Virus record (IMG/VR): IMGVR_UViG_3300029906_000002
Location: 76,507 to 140,506 of that record
Length of the DNA: 64,000 nt
Strand: one strand, 5' to 3'
From: a virus
How positions within the stretch are numbered: position 1 is the stretch's first letter; each line of letters starts with the position of its first letter. A program made the translations under genes and the position numbers. The notes below the pieces were generated by a model. That model ran no database searches. It was not told where the DNA came from and worked only from the letters and a program-made list of their open reading frames with translations. This document shows, piece by piece, positions 47,628-56,360 of this stretch.

Positions 47628-47900
47628 ATGAAAGCAACGAGAAGAACAATCAGACAGACGGTGCTGTTCGCCGTCGTGGGTGCTCTGGGAGTGCCCTTCA
47701 TGGGAGCCAAGGCAGAGTGCATGGACTACATCAAGGAGCATGCGAACGATGACCTGTTCCACGTGGAACCCGCACACGGTGTTGGTATTTCTGAGCGTAA
47801 GAGCTGGGAACAAAGCAAGGTTGTGGTGTACACCAACGCCAAGCTCCCGAAGACCTGGGAAGAGTATAAACAGTTCGTCAAGAAAGGAGGCATGCTATGA
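47628..47900 (+). CDS. Early hypothetical protein
   Basis: 90 aa; ATGA overlap with next gene. Confidence 0.7.
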   Translation: MKATRRTIRQTVLFAVVGALGVPFMGAKAECMDYIKEHANDDLFHVEPAHGVGISERKSWEQSKVVVYTNAKLPKTWEEYKQFVKKGGML

Positions 47901-48415
47901 AGGAGTTTATCTTGACAATCCTACGGCAATACGCGGAACAAGAGATAGGGTTGATAAAGGGAGCAAAGGTAAGGGAAGTATGGAAAGGCAGAGATAGCCT
48001 CGTCCTCGGCCCAGCAGGCAACCACACAACCATCTCCCTTTCCATCCTTCACCAGGCACTGGAAACAACTTCCACCTCCGACCTCGGCTATATCTCAACC
48101 CGTCTACAGCTTATCATAGGCGACGTGCTCACAACCCTCAGACGTGCCTATTCCTTCGACCGTTTCACGACGGTTCCCGAACTGGTACGTTGGTTCAGAT
48201 ACCCAACCTCGAAGGGACGCCTCAGCAGGATAATTGTACAATCCTGCAACGGTGACATACAGCTTATCAATCAGCTCTACGAGTATCTCAAGGAAATTCC
48301 GTTCTATTGGGACAATCTGATAAACGTGGATAACGCCTTGTATATGATCAACGAGCAAATCAAATTGACAAGCTCGCCTGTCATCTACGAACTCAAGCAA
48401 CTCCGTGTGGCGTAA
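47897..48415 (+). CDS. Early hypothetical protein
   Basis: 172 aa. Confidence 0.7.
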   Translation: MKEFILTILRQYAEQEIGLIKGAKVREVWKGRDSLVLGPAGNHTTISLSILHQALETTSTSDLGYISTRLQLIIGDVLTTLRRAYSFDRFTTVPELVRWFRYPTSKGRLSRIIVQSCNGDIQLINQLYEYLKEIPFYWDNLINVDNALYMINEQIKLTSSPVIYELKQLRVA

Positions 48416-48484
48416 AGTCACGGACACCTGGGCAAGTGTATAAACTACCCAAACCATTACTAATCCAATTAAACAGAAACAACA

Positions 48485-48934
48485 ATGAAAGCAATAAATA
48501 AAGACGCAGCAAAGGCTATAGCGCACCTTATAGAGGAAGCCGATAAGCAAAATACGATCACATCCGAATTCAAACACAACATCGCAACCGTGGTTGTGTC
48601 CATCAATGGTGAGATTGCCTCTCCTATGGATCTTGCCGTGTTGGGTGAAGACGCGGATGCGTTACGTCTGACGACAATTTTATCTAATTCTGTGTCTGGT
48701 TTCTATCAGACTAACGAGTTGGATAACGCGAGCCGCGACATCGCTAAAGAAATATTCGGTGAGCAGGTGAAGCGCGTAACCATCTGGTCGCGCGTACAGG
48801 CGAAAAATGCCATCATCCTTAGCGTGATAGATGCCAGAAACTTTGAAGAGAGCGTAAACAAGACACGTAACCTCTTCAACCTGATTGACGAGCTGTACGA
48901 CAATAACGGATTCATTGTTACCGGCATATATTGA
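48485..48934 (+). CDS. Early hypothetical protein
   Basis: 149 aa after A-rich leader. Confidence 0.75.
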   Translation: MKAINKDAAKAIAHLIEEADKQNTITSEFKHNIATVVVSINGEIASPMDLAVLGEDADALRLTTILSNSVSGFYQTNELDNASRDIAKEIFGEQVKRVTIWSRVQAKNAIILSVIDARNFEESVNKTRNLFNLIDELYDNNGFIVTGIY

Positions 48935-49009
48935 GTGATGGGCTTTCGCGGGGTTGTGCCTTAAACAATCCTGCATCTTTAATTACTAACGAATAAAACA
49001 TCAAACATC

Positions 49010-49540
49010 ATGAAGAAGGAATTTATGAGAATCCTGCTGGATTCTTGCGATAAGAAGAGGTTAGTCAATAGTTTGGTAGAAATGATCCGTGATGAGGACC
49101 AACTGGCATGGATCATGGGTATGGTGCCACACATGGACAAGAAGTTCGTGGCTAATCACTACTCGGATCTATTGGCTACGGCTGAATCCAAGTTTAACAA
49201 GCAGAAAGAGAGTGACAACATGGAGCGGATTGTCGGTAAGGTGTTTGCTGCAAACTATCCATGGGATTTTCCTTACGTGAAGTTTGCGGTAAAGAAAAAG
49301 ATGTTCGTGCTTGCTTCTGTCAAAGAACAGTGTGATGCTGTTTCTGCTGAAATAGAAGAGTATCTGGCTGGTAATAACAACCCATCATTCGACGAACTGG
49401 ACAAGTTAATGGACAAGTATCCATACTTCCAGAAACGAAATACGAGTGACGAGAACTACTGTAGCCAGATAACCTACTATATGTTCAATACAGTATATCT
49501 GTATTCAGATGATATAACGCACATTGTCGAAGAAGAGTGA
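49010..49540 (+). CDS. Early hypothetical protein
   Basis: 176 aa. Confidence 0.75.
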   Translation: MKKEFMRILLDSCDKKRLVNSLVEMIRDEDQLAWIMGMVPHMDKKFVANHYSDLLATAESKFNKQKESDNMERIVGKVFAANYPWDFPYVKFAVKKKMFVLASVKEQCDAVSAEIEEYLAGNNNPSFDELDKLMDKYPYFQKRNTSDENYCSQITYYMFNTVYLYSDDITHIVEEE

Positions 49541-49750
49541 TGGAACGTGCCTGGCTTGTCCTACAATGGAATGAGCCAGGCTTTCGTTGAACTATAGCGA
49601 TTCATTTACAATACGAAACCGTGAGAGGAAGGGATCTGTGGCAACACGGAAAGTCGTTAAGACAGCTTGCGTGCAGTTATGCGGGGTCTGCGTTAAACCT
49701 GCAACCGACGCCTGTACGGGTTTTTACGGGCAAACTAAAACAAATTAATT

Positions 49751-50389
49751 ATGGAGAACAATGTAAAAGTTGCATGGGATCTGAGTGAAAACGAAATCAA
49801 GTTTGCAAAGATCAATGACCAGAGAAACAAGGTTGAAGAGGATCCGGAAGCCGGTGACCGCTCATCGTTGGTGAATACGGAGATGAACACGCTGGTGAAG
49901 GGCGACATCTTCCGCTTTGACGAATCTGTAGGTTCACAGACCTGCTTGCGTCAGAAGGTGCGTAACAGCGATGCGTATGCACGGTTCGTTCATGTCAACT
50001 GCGTGGGCAAGGTTCGTAACTTCTATTTCAGCAGCATCACGCGTGTGGCAGCCGAGGTGGTTCGTCCGACTATGGAAGGCATGGTATGCGTGCCTACTGG
50101 CAAGACGTTTGCTGCGAATAGAAAGAACTTCGACATCGACGGCGAGCAGACTGACTTCGCTAAGGTGGCTAACCAGTTCGTGAGCGACAAGGCTTTGGCT
50201 GAGGCTCTGACTGCCGAGAAGGTGGTATTAAAGGTGCTGGACAAGAAGCAGGTTGTGGTAGCGAGATTTACCGACAACACGCGCACGAGCAACCAGAACC
50301 TGATGATGGTAGACTTCAACGAGCAAGATGAGGAGAAGCGTGCCGCTATCATCGAGGCGTTGATGAAGCGTGCCGCTGAGGCTATCTAA
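49751..50389 (+). CDS. Early protein, 212 aa, possible nucleic-acid-binding beta fold
   Basis: Biased codon use, structured leader upstream, hairpin downstream. Confidence 0.75.
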   Translation: MENNVKVAWDLSENEIKFAKINDQRNKVEEDPEAGDRSSLVNTEMNTLVKGDIFRFDESVGSQTCLRQKVRNSDAYARFVHVNCVGKVRNFYFSSITRVAAEVVRPTMEGMVCVPTGKTFAANRKNFDIDGEQTDFAKVANQFVSDKALAEALTAEKVVLKVLDKKQVVVARFTDNTRTSNQNLMMVDFNEQDEEKRAAIIEALMKRAAEAI

Positions 50390-50417
50390 AAAAAAGGCTT
50401 GAATAAGTCGTAATGTG

Positions 50418-50449
50418 GTAGGCCATTCTATGTGAATAGGGTGGCCTAC
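50418..50449 (+). terminator. Hairpin/terminator with GUGA tetraloop
   Basis: 14-bp stem with two G-U pairs, loop GTGA 50432-50435. Confidence 0.65.
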
Positions 50450-50461
50450 TTGCCATGTTTA

Positions 50462-50493
50462 TTTGCTTAAATGGGAGGATTTCCATATTTTTG
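50462..50493 (+). promoter_or_regulatory. Complete Bacteroidetes promoter TTTG-N20-TAnnTTTG
   Basis: TTTG 50462-50465, TATTTTTG 50486-50493, no convincing ORF downstream. Confidence 0.65.
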
Positions 50494-50499
50494 CCTCCC

Positions 50500-50780
50500 T
50501 ATTTGTGCCGCTGCATATTACGGCATTGAATTTAGCATTTGTGGCGGGGTTTGTGCGTTTCCCTGTTCTTGCACGTTTCCTGCCATTAGTTTAACATTTT
50601 ATTTGTGGCGTCCCCTGCGGATGACTATTATTCCCATAGTTGCGGGGTTGCCATTTGAGCGCGTCTTGTTGTGACAGGACTGAGGAGTTTAGCCCTGTCA
50701 TTTAGGTTGATACACTGTTTGTGCTTTCCAAGGCGCGTGAAGGGAAGGGGTTTTATTGATTTTGCTCCCCTTCCCTTTTT
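50500..50780 (+). ncRNA. Candidate structured ncRNA 1 (~280 nt)
   Basis: Promoter upstream; stems 50541-50586, 50606-50653, 50659-50667/50730-50738 enclosing 50673-50699; terminator 50740-50780. Confidence 0.6.
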
Positions 50781-50844
50781 AAAGAGATACAGGTTTGTCC
50801 GTTGTCCTGCGAACAATGGGCTTTGTTTTGTAATTTTGGTTGTT

Positions 50845-51284
50845 GGCCGTTCTGGCTTGGGAGAAGTCGGGACGGTTTTGAATTGGATTGTAACCGGCCT
50901 GTCTGAGGACGGGCTGTCAAGATATACAAGTTCTCTGTGTGGCGATGTGAATCGTTATACGGGGAATCGGCGGCGGAATTTCCATGATTTTAAATTGTGT
51001 TGGACAGATTCTTTTTGTAACTCGTATAATTCTAGCTTGTTCCGCCGCTTTTTAGGATATTGGTCCTGGTTGACGCCAGGGCCATGCCTGCTACCGGGCA
51101 GCTGTGAAGCCATACCGGTTGCGGCTTTGTTTACTTATTCAAGCTAATTGTTTTGCGGCATTTTGATTTGTGTTCACTTGAAATAGGTGGATTTGTTGCG
51201 ATAATTTCTATATTGTGCCGCTTGGTTTTTTAATGTCTATCTAATAGTTTTTCCTTTCTTACCTGTGAAGGTAGGGAAGGTTTT
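50845..51284 (+). ncRNA. Candidate structured ncRNA 2 (~440 nt)
   Basis: TAATTTTG at 50831-50838; many G-U-rich hairpins, three U-GUGA-A loops, long-range helix 50970-50979/51039-51048; terminal hairpin 51253-51280 then T4. Confidence 0.62.
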
Positions 51285-51308
51285 ATTGTGAACTTGGGTG
51301 TGATTCTA

Positions 51309-51316
51309 TATATTTG
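51309..51316 (+). promoter_or_regulatory. Bacteroidetes -7 promoter element
   Basis: TATATTTG right after the ncRNA terminator. Confidence 0.45.
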
Positions 51317-51508
51317 GCACGACAAGACTATAACCAGTTGTTGAGGAAGAGTTTCATCGTGTATGGAAGAGAAAGTGTGGGAACTTTATATCTTCATAAT
51401 AATGATGAAATGATGTTTTGTTGCGGGACATGGTGCGTGAGCATAGTGTCCCTTTCTTTTTGAACGAACTTGGCTTTGATTGGCCGATTAAAATAAAAGG
51501 AGGAAACA

Positions 51509-51718
51509 TTGATGATGAGAAGTGTGAAACTGATGCGGCCTGCTTTCATGAAATGCGGGTTATGCGTATATTCGCTCGATGGTTCGTTCGTAGTGGATGG
51601 ACTGCGGGGGAGGAGTAGTGCGTTTGTTGGCAAGTCCGGAGCCTGCTATGTGCAGTACGTGAAGCAGGGGAAGAATGTGGCCATTGAAAGTATTGTATGG
51701 ATAGGAAAGGAGGCTTAG
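51509..51718 (+). CDS. Small hypothetical protein
   Basis: 69 aa, GGAGG upstream, stop abuts next start. Confidence 0.45.
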   Translation: MMMRSVKLMRPAFMKCGLCVYSLDGSFVVDGLRGRSSAFVGKSGACYVQYVKQGKNVAIESIVWIGKEA

Positions 51719-51719
51719 T

Positions 51720-52553
51720 ATGACTGACAGAGGAGGAAAGAAACTATACGATAGGGACAGGCGGGAAAGGTATAGGGTGAACGGGCTGAACCTGGTTGCT
51801 GATGTAAACAAGAACCTTGAGGGGTTGTTGGGTATTGACGGCAAAGAAAAGGAGGCTTGGCTACTAAAAAAGATGGCTGTAAACCCTATGGAATGCTTGG
51901 TTGTGACTAAATATCCTACGCCTGTGGCCTATTTTGTGCCCTGGATGTTCGGCAAAGAGTATTCGAGTTCCTTGTTCCTACGTAACGAACGTAACGATTT
52001 TTCGTTGAGTTTGAGGGGTAAGGACGTATGCAAGCTCTTTCACGCGGGAAATATCAAGGTTGAGGACCGTCATATCTGGGATGGATTGTCTTGGAGATGG
52101 ACGACAATGGCCTACTGCGCATGGCAGGACTGGGTTCCTGTGCTTTTTGGAGAGCTTCCTTGGCTGGTGGTGGACTTGATTACTTCGAGCCGATTACTGA
52201 TAGGGGGTATAGCTTTTGAGGGCGTATATGGCTGGAAATACCCCGTAAAACGCAGGAAAACCGGAGCACCTGTCGCGGATATTTTCGGTCAAGTAGGAGC
52301 AAATGGCTTGTCCGATTTGAGCGTGAGTACTATCCCTTGCTATCCCGTTGAACCCGTGTTGGAGTGGCTTTGCATGGCTTACGGATACAAATGGTTGCCT
52401 TCGTATGGCAAAGGGTTGTATGGGGTGGATTTGTACGTGGAGAGTGGCAAGGTAGCGAGCTTCGGGGGTACGGTGAAGAGAGATTGCTATTTAGATGCAA
52501 TCAACTGGTTGTTAGACCGTTTGGGTGTGCAGGAATTGGTTGAGGGGATGTAG
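51720..52553 (+). CDS. Hypothetical protein (Trp-rich)
   Basis: 277 aa. Confidence 0.7.
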   Translation: MTDRGGKKLYDRDRRERYRVNGLNLVADVNKNLEGLLGIDGKEKEAWLLKKMAVNPMECLVVTKYPTPVAYFVPWMFGKEYSSSLFLRNERNDFSLSLRGKDVCKLFHAGNIKVEDRHIWDGLSWRWTTMAYCAWQDWVPVLFGELPWLVVDLITSSRLLIGGIAFEGVYGWKYPVKRRKTGAPVADIFGQVGANGLSDLSVSTIPCYPVEPVLEWLCMAYGYKWLPSYGKGLYGVDLYVESGKVASFGGTVKRDCYLDAINWLLDRLGVQELVEGM

Positions 52554-52626
52554 AAAAAAAGAAACTTTTTTACCACCGCTGTGATAAAAAAGTTGCTTAG
52601 ATTTTGGTTGGTAATGAAAAATTTAT

Positions 52627-52634
52627 TACCTTTG
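52627..52634 (+). promoter_or_regulatory. Bacteroidetes -7 promoter element
   Basis: TACCTTTG with TTTG 21 nt upstream; followed by GATGGCAAGA/TCTTGCCATC leader hairpin. Confidence 0.6.
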
Positions 52635-52741
52635 CCCTCAATGACGAAAACGATGGCAAGAGCAAAGGTACGGATAAAGTATCAATCTACCAACTTCCAA
52701 GCTACTTTTCTTCTTGCCATCACAAAAAAAGTCTAAAGTGA

Positions 52742-53902
52742 ATGGCAAATCTGACGACTGACATACGGAAATACGAGGTTTATCTGGGAGAAACTTTCCT
52801 GGATAGATTGATTATTCCACTTACGGGCCTTAAGGACAAAGAGCGTAACGACGCTGTCCGTGAGAATCGTGAGCGGGCAAAGTGTGTCGCGTTTGCCATC
52901 CTGCTTACTAAGGAACACACCAACCATATCGTCGTGTCGAAAGGCATTGGCGACATGATTAGGAAATCCGGCATGACCTGCACATTAAAGACAGGTAGGA
53001 AGTATTTGCGAAAGATGATGGAGCTTGGTCTGATAGAATATATGTTCGAGAAAGACGGCATGAGCTATTGGAAAGTGGCGAGCTTTATTGATGCGAATGT
53101 GGATGGCCGGAGAGTGAAATCCAAACAAAAGAGAAAAGTCTGTTTCACTGAGTTTACAAAGCTGCTGGTATTGGCAAAGAAAGTATTTGACTGCGCGGTG
53201 AGCATTTACTTCTATAGGACTTCCAAGGCTGAGAAGCGTTTGAAAAAAGGGTGCCTGACCATGATTAACAGGGAGAAGCCTTATAAAGAAGGCAGTATCA
53301 AAGATCCTGTATTGGATCGTGCGATGGTAGCGTTGTCTCATGAAGTCTGGGATATTATAGAGGACAGATACCGGGAAGTACCGAAGTGGCTTTGGGTAAC
53401 AGACATGAAGAAGAAGCACGAGGCGTGGAAGTTTGCTTTGGTGAACTGGCTGCGTAGGCGCATCAACGAGATGGTTGCATCAAGAAGTTGGGAGTGGTTG
53501 ATGGATCACTTCGGCTTATCTCGTAATGCGCTTGCCAAAACGCTGCGTGCTTTGAAAGCCACTGAATTGAGAGTGCAGCACAACCATAGGGACATCTCGG
53601 AAGATGAGGAGTTCTGTCTGCGTGCGATGGGAGCGAAGGTTTACATCTTCACTACACCGTGGGGACTGGCTGTAAGAACAAGAAATTCGTACAGCCACTA
53701 TGGTATGGGTTGGACTGAAATTAAAAAGTGGAAGAAAGACACGAAGATTCGTGCGGAAGTTGAGTTGGAGGTGGATTCGACTGCTTCCAAAGTGAAAGAG
53801 ATAAAGAGTGATCGTTGGTATTACCTCGCTGCTCACCCAGAGGTAAGACGGGCGATTGCTGTTGCAAAAAGAAGAAGGGAGGCAATTTATGAAAGGAAGT
53901 AA
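52742..53902 (+). CDS. Basic wHTH-containing protein (Rep-like)
   Basis: GMTCTLKTGRKYLRKMMELGLIE wHTH and WLMDHFGLSRNALAKTLRAL second HTH. Confidence 0.6.
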   Translation: MANLTTDIRKYEVYLGETFLDRLIIPLTGLKDKERNDAVRENRERAKCVAFAILLTKEHTNHIVVSKGIGDMIRKSGMTCTLKTGRKYLRKMMELGLIEYMFEKDGMSYWKVASFIDANVDGRRVKSKQKRKVCFTEFTKLLVLAKKVFDCAVSIYFYRTSKAEKRLKKGCLTMINREKPYKEGSIKDPVLDRAMVALSHEVWDIIEDRYREVPKWLWVTDMKKKHEAWKFALVNWLRRRINEMVASRSWEWLMDHFGLSRNALAKTLRALKATELRVQHNHRDISEDEEFCLRAMGAKVYIFTTPWGLAVRTRNSYSHYGMGWTEIKKWKKDTKIRAEVELEVDSTASKVKEIKSDRWYYLAAHPEVRRAIAVAKRRREAIYERK

Positions 53903-54140
53903 TGTGATTCTTTTCGTAAGGCAGCTGTTTTTGCTAAATGGTAAAAACGGTACTATAGAAACAAAAGGGTTTGTGGGACGATCGAAAATCGCGTGGTTCC
54001 GCTTCAATCCCCGTGTATGCCTCATACCGCATCGCTCGGATGCTATTCTCTCCGCGAATCCTGATATGCGGCATGATTGCCTATACCTTATTCTATTGCA
54101 TCAATATTACCTCTTGCTGCGATTACCTAATCCTTTCTAA
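53889..54140 (+). CDS. Hypothetical protein
   Basis: ATG overlaps end of upstream gene. Confidence 0.35.
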   Translation: MKGSNVILFVRQLFLLNGKNGTIETKGFVGRSKIAWFRFNPRVCLIPHRSDAILSANPDMRHDCLYLILLHQYYLLLRLPNPF

Positions 54141-54480
54141 GTCTTCGGCACAACTAAGGTGAGAAGATTGGTAGGATCAGCTGAGGCTGCGATGAACATT
54201 GCAAGTTGCAGATAAAGCTGAGATTGCTTGAAAGATTAGACAATATCACAAAGACTTGGATTGTCTCTCATGATAGATCGTGAGGCAATTCAAGTCTTTC
54301 TTATTATCGTCTAATCTGTAAACCCTGACCCAATCAATGTTTCTTTCTGACAACGTCTGAGAATTTACGAGTTAATTGTTATAGCTTGTTGTCTCAGACG
54401 TTTGCCTTTTGTGTAATTTTGAGCGTTCGTCTTTCGTGAAATCTTATTGCTGTTTTATGTGCGTAAGATTTCATGGGAGA
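54130..54480 (+). ncRNA. Structured intergenic RNA/leader with long hairpins
   Basis: Hairpins 54233-54317, 54352-54402, 54435-54475 with G-U pairs. Confidence 0.45.
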
Positions 54481-54508
54481 TTGCGATAACTAAAACCGAT
54501 TATCAATC

Positions 54509-54940
54509 ATGGAGGAAAGAAGAGAAAGAGCCGAGATCACTCAACGTGATGGAGAAAATGGGCAATGCTTGCTTGAGATGCACGGCATTGCCGCATGGTC
54601 CGTTGGCATAGGTCTGAAACCGAAGAAGGATTGGGATTTGAGAATTCCTAAGGTGAAGTGCAAGCATTGTGGCAGGAAGATCAAAGACTACGAGACTTGC
54701 TGGTACGACGGAAAAACGTGGGGCGTATATTGCAACGATTGCGTTGACAACTACTACTACATGGATGAGTTTGGTGATGAAAGGCTCAAACCGTTGACGA
54801 AGGAAGAGCTTGCTTCAATCCTTGAGAAACAAGATGGCAAGGTGAACTGGTATGAGAATGAAGTGTTACCGCTACTGAAAAGACAGCAGGAATACAAATC
54901 GCCTCATGAGAAACTGTTGATTGGACTAAAACAAAAATGA
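54509..54940 (+). CDS. Zn-finger protein
   Basis: CKHC...CNDC. Confidence 0.7.
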   Translation: MEERRERAEITQRDGENGQCLLEMHGIAAWSVGIGLKPKKDWDLRIPKVKCKHCGRKIKDYETCWYDGKTWGVYCNDCVDNYYYMDEFGDERLKPLTKEELASILEKQDGKVNWYENEVLPLLKRQQEYKSPHEKLLIGLKQK

Positions 54941-54943
54941 ACT

Positions 54944-55444
54944 ATGGAGAAAATCAAATTGGATAAGAAAGAATTCGAGTTGCTCAAAAGGAAACTTGAA
55001 TTGTTCGGCAACGAGAACGACAAGACTATCATGAACAACCTGTTCGAGGAAGAGAGGGACGAAGTGGATTACAAGATCGTTCCTTTCGACTTGAAGCTGG
55101 TTAATGATTTTGGTTGCCGTGTTGCAACAAAGAGCGGCAGAGAAGTCAGGATAGTCTGCCAGGACAGAAAAGGCAATTCGCCTATTGTTGGCCTCATCGT
55201 AGGCGATAATGACGACGAGTTGCTGATGCCTTACAACAAAGACGGTGTAGCCATGGGTCCTTATTTTTGTGATGAGAATATGGATTTAGTTTGTCTCATC
55301 AAGAAAAAGACCATTGCCGCTTACGTCTATGAAGATGAATACCGTATTCCGCATGTTGTCTCTGTGAATGATTCGGCAAGGATTATAGCATCAAAAGCCA
55401 ATATTGTGAATACGGTGCAAGTAAGTTATTTCCCAAAACATTAA
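54944..55444 (+). CDS. Hypothetical protein, tandem paralog 1
   Basis: PFD...TKSGREVRIVCQDRKGNSPIVGL. Confidence 0.8.
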   Translation: MEKIKLDKKEFELLKRKLELFGNENDKTIMNNLFEEERDEVDYKIVPFDLKLVNDFGCRVATKSGREVRIVCQDRKGNSPIVGLIVGDNDDELLMPYNKDGVAMGPYFCDENMDLVCLIKKKTIAAYVYEDEYRIPHVVSVNDSARIIASKANIVNTVQVSYFPKH

Positions 55445-55458
55445 ACATTTCAACAACT

Positions 55459-55938
55459 ATGGAAGAGAAGAAAATCAGATTGAGTAAGGAGGATTACGAG
55501 TTGCTCAAGGAAAAGTTGCGTGACCTGTCGAATACCGAGGCTATGGTCAAACTGAAGGATCTGTTTGAAGAAGAGAAGGACTATATGGAGATTCCTTTCG
55601 ACTTCGACAAAGCTAAAAGTGGCGATTTACCTATAAAGACGAAAAGCGGGTATGATGTTCGTATCATCTGCTGGGATAGGCTGGGTGAGTATCCGATAGT
55701 CGGCTTGGTTAAGCGCAACGAAGAGACGGAGAACGTGATGCTGTTCGACAGGTTCGGTCTTCCTATGGCCGCTCCCGTAGAAACGGAATGCCTGGTTTGC
55801 CTGGTTAAGAAACGGAAGATCTGGGTGAGCGTCTATTTGGATGAAAATGGCTATGTTCAAGCAGCTGTTCCCAGTGAGGTGAATCCAACCTATAAGGTAT
55901 TGGCTACTGTGGAGATGTATTATTTCCCTAATCCCTGA
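55459..55938 (+). CDS. Hypothetical protein, tandem paralog 2
   Basis: PFD...TKSGYDVRIICWDRLGEYPIVGL. Confidence 0.8.
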   Translation: MEEKKIRLSKEDYELLKEKLRDLSNTEAMVKLKDLFEEEKDYMEIPFDFDKAKSGDLPIKTKSGYDVRIICWDRLGEYPIVGLVKRNEETENVMLFDRFGLPMAAPVETECLVCLVKKRKIWVSVYLDENGYVQAAVPSEVNPTYKVLATVEMYYFPNP

Positions 55939-55943
55939 TAGAT

Positions 55944-56360
55944 ATGATAGAAAACAAATTCGACTTATTTATACTGATTGAAGATTCCTCGGCTGAAAAG
56001 CTGAGGTATATCGAAGGAAGAGTAGATGGGGCTAAGTTGCCTTTTCAAGCCAAAGAAGGAGAAGGGTGGCTGAGCCTCATCGGCGAAGGAATGGAATTGG
56101 ATGAGTGCGTGTCTTACTTGGACATGATTACCCAATTCAGCATTATCATGAGCGATAATTCCAATATCAGCTATGCGATATGCAGCGAAAAAATTGTATT
56201 TACCGACACGCAAAAAGATGGCAAACTGGATATCAATGCTTTTCCCGAAGCAGAGAAGTATAAGGATGTTCCTGCTATCGAACTATTCTATGACGAGATG
56301 AATGATTTCTTTAAATTATTCAAAGCAATAAGCAGATTAACACATGATAAAAGGGATTAA
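55944..56360 (+). CDS. Hypothetical protein
   Basis: 138 aa in operon. Confidence 0.7.
   Translation: MIENKFDLFILIEDSSAEKLRYIEGRVDGAKLPFQAKEGEGWLSLIGEGMELDECVSYLDMITQFSIIMSDNSNISYAICSEKIVFTDTQKDGKLDINAFPEAEKYKDVPAIELFYDEMNDFFKLFKAISRLTHDKRD

Noticed and set aside
49600-49745. c-di-GMP-I, SAM-I or HDV-like ribozyme call
   Set aside because: Only fragments (AAACC, GGCAAC) match; conserved cores absent
50671-51147. 158-aa ORF in the ORF track
   Set aside because: GTG start without RBS, crosses a strong terminator, low-complexity F/L/G/R translation; region better explained as RNA structure
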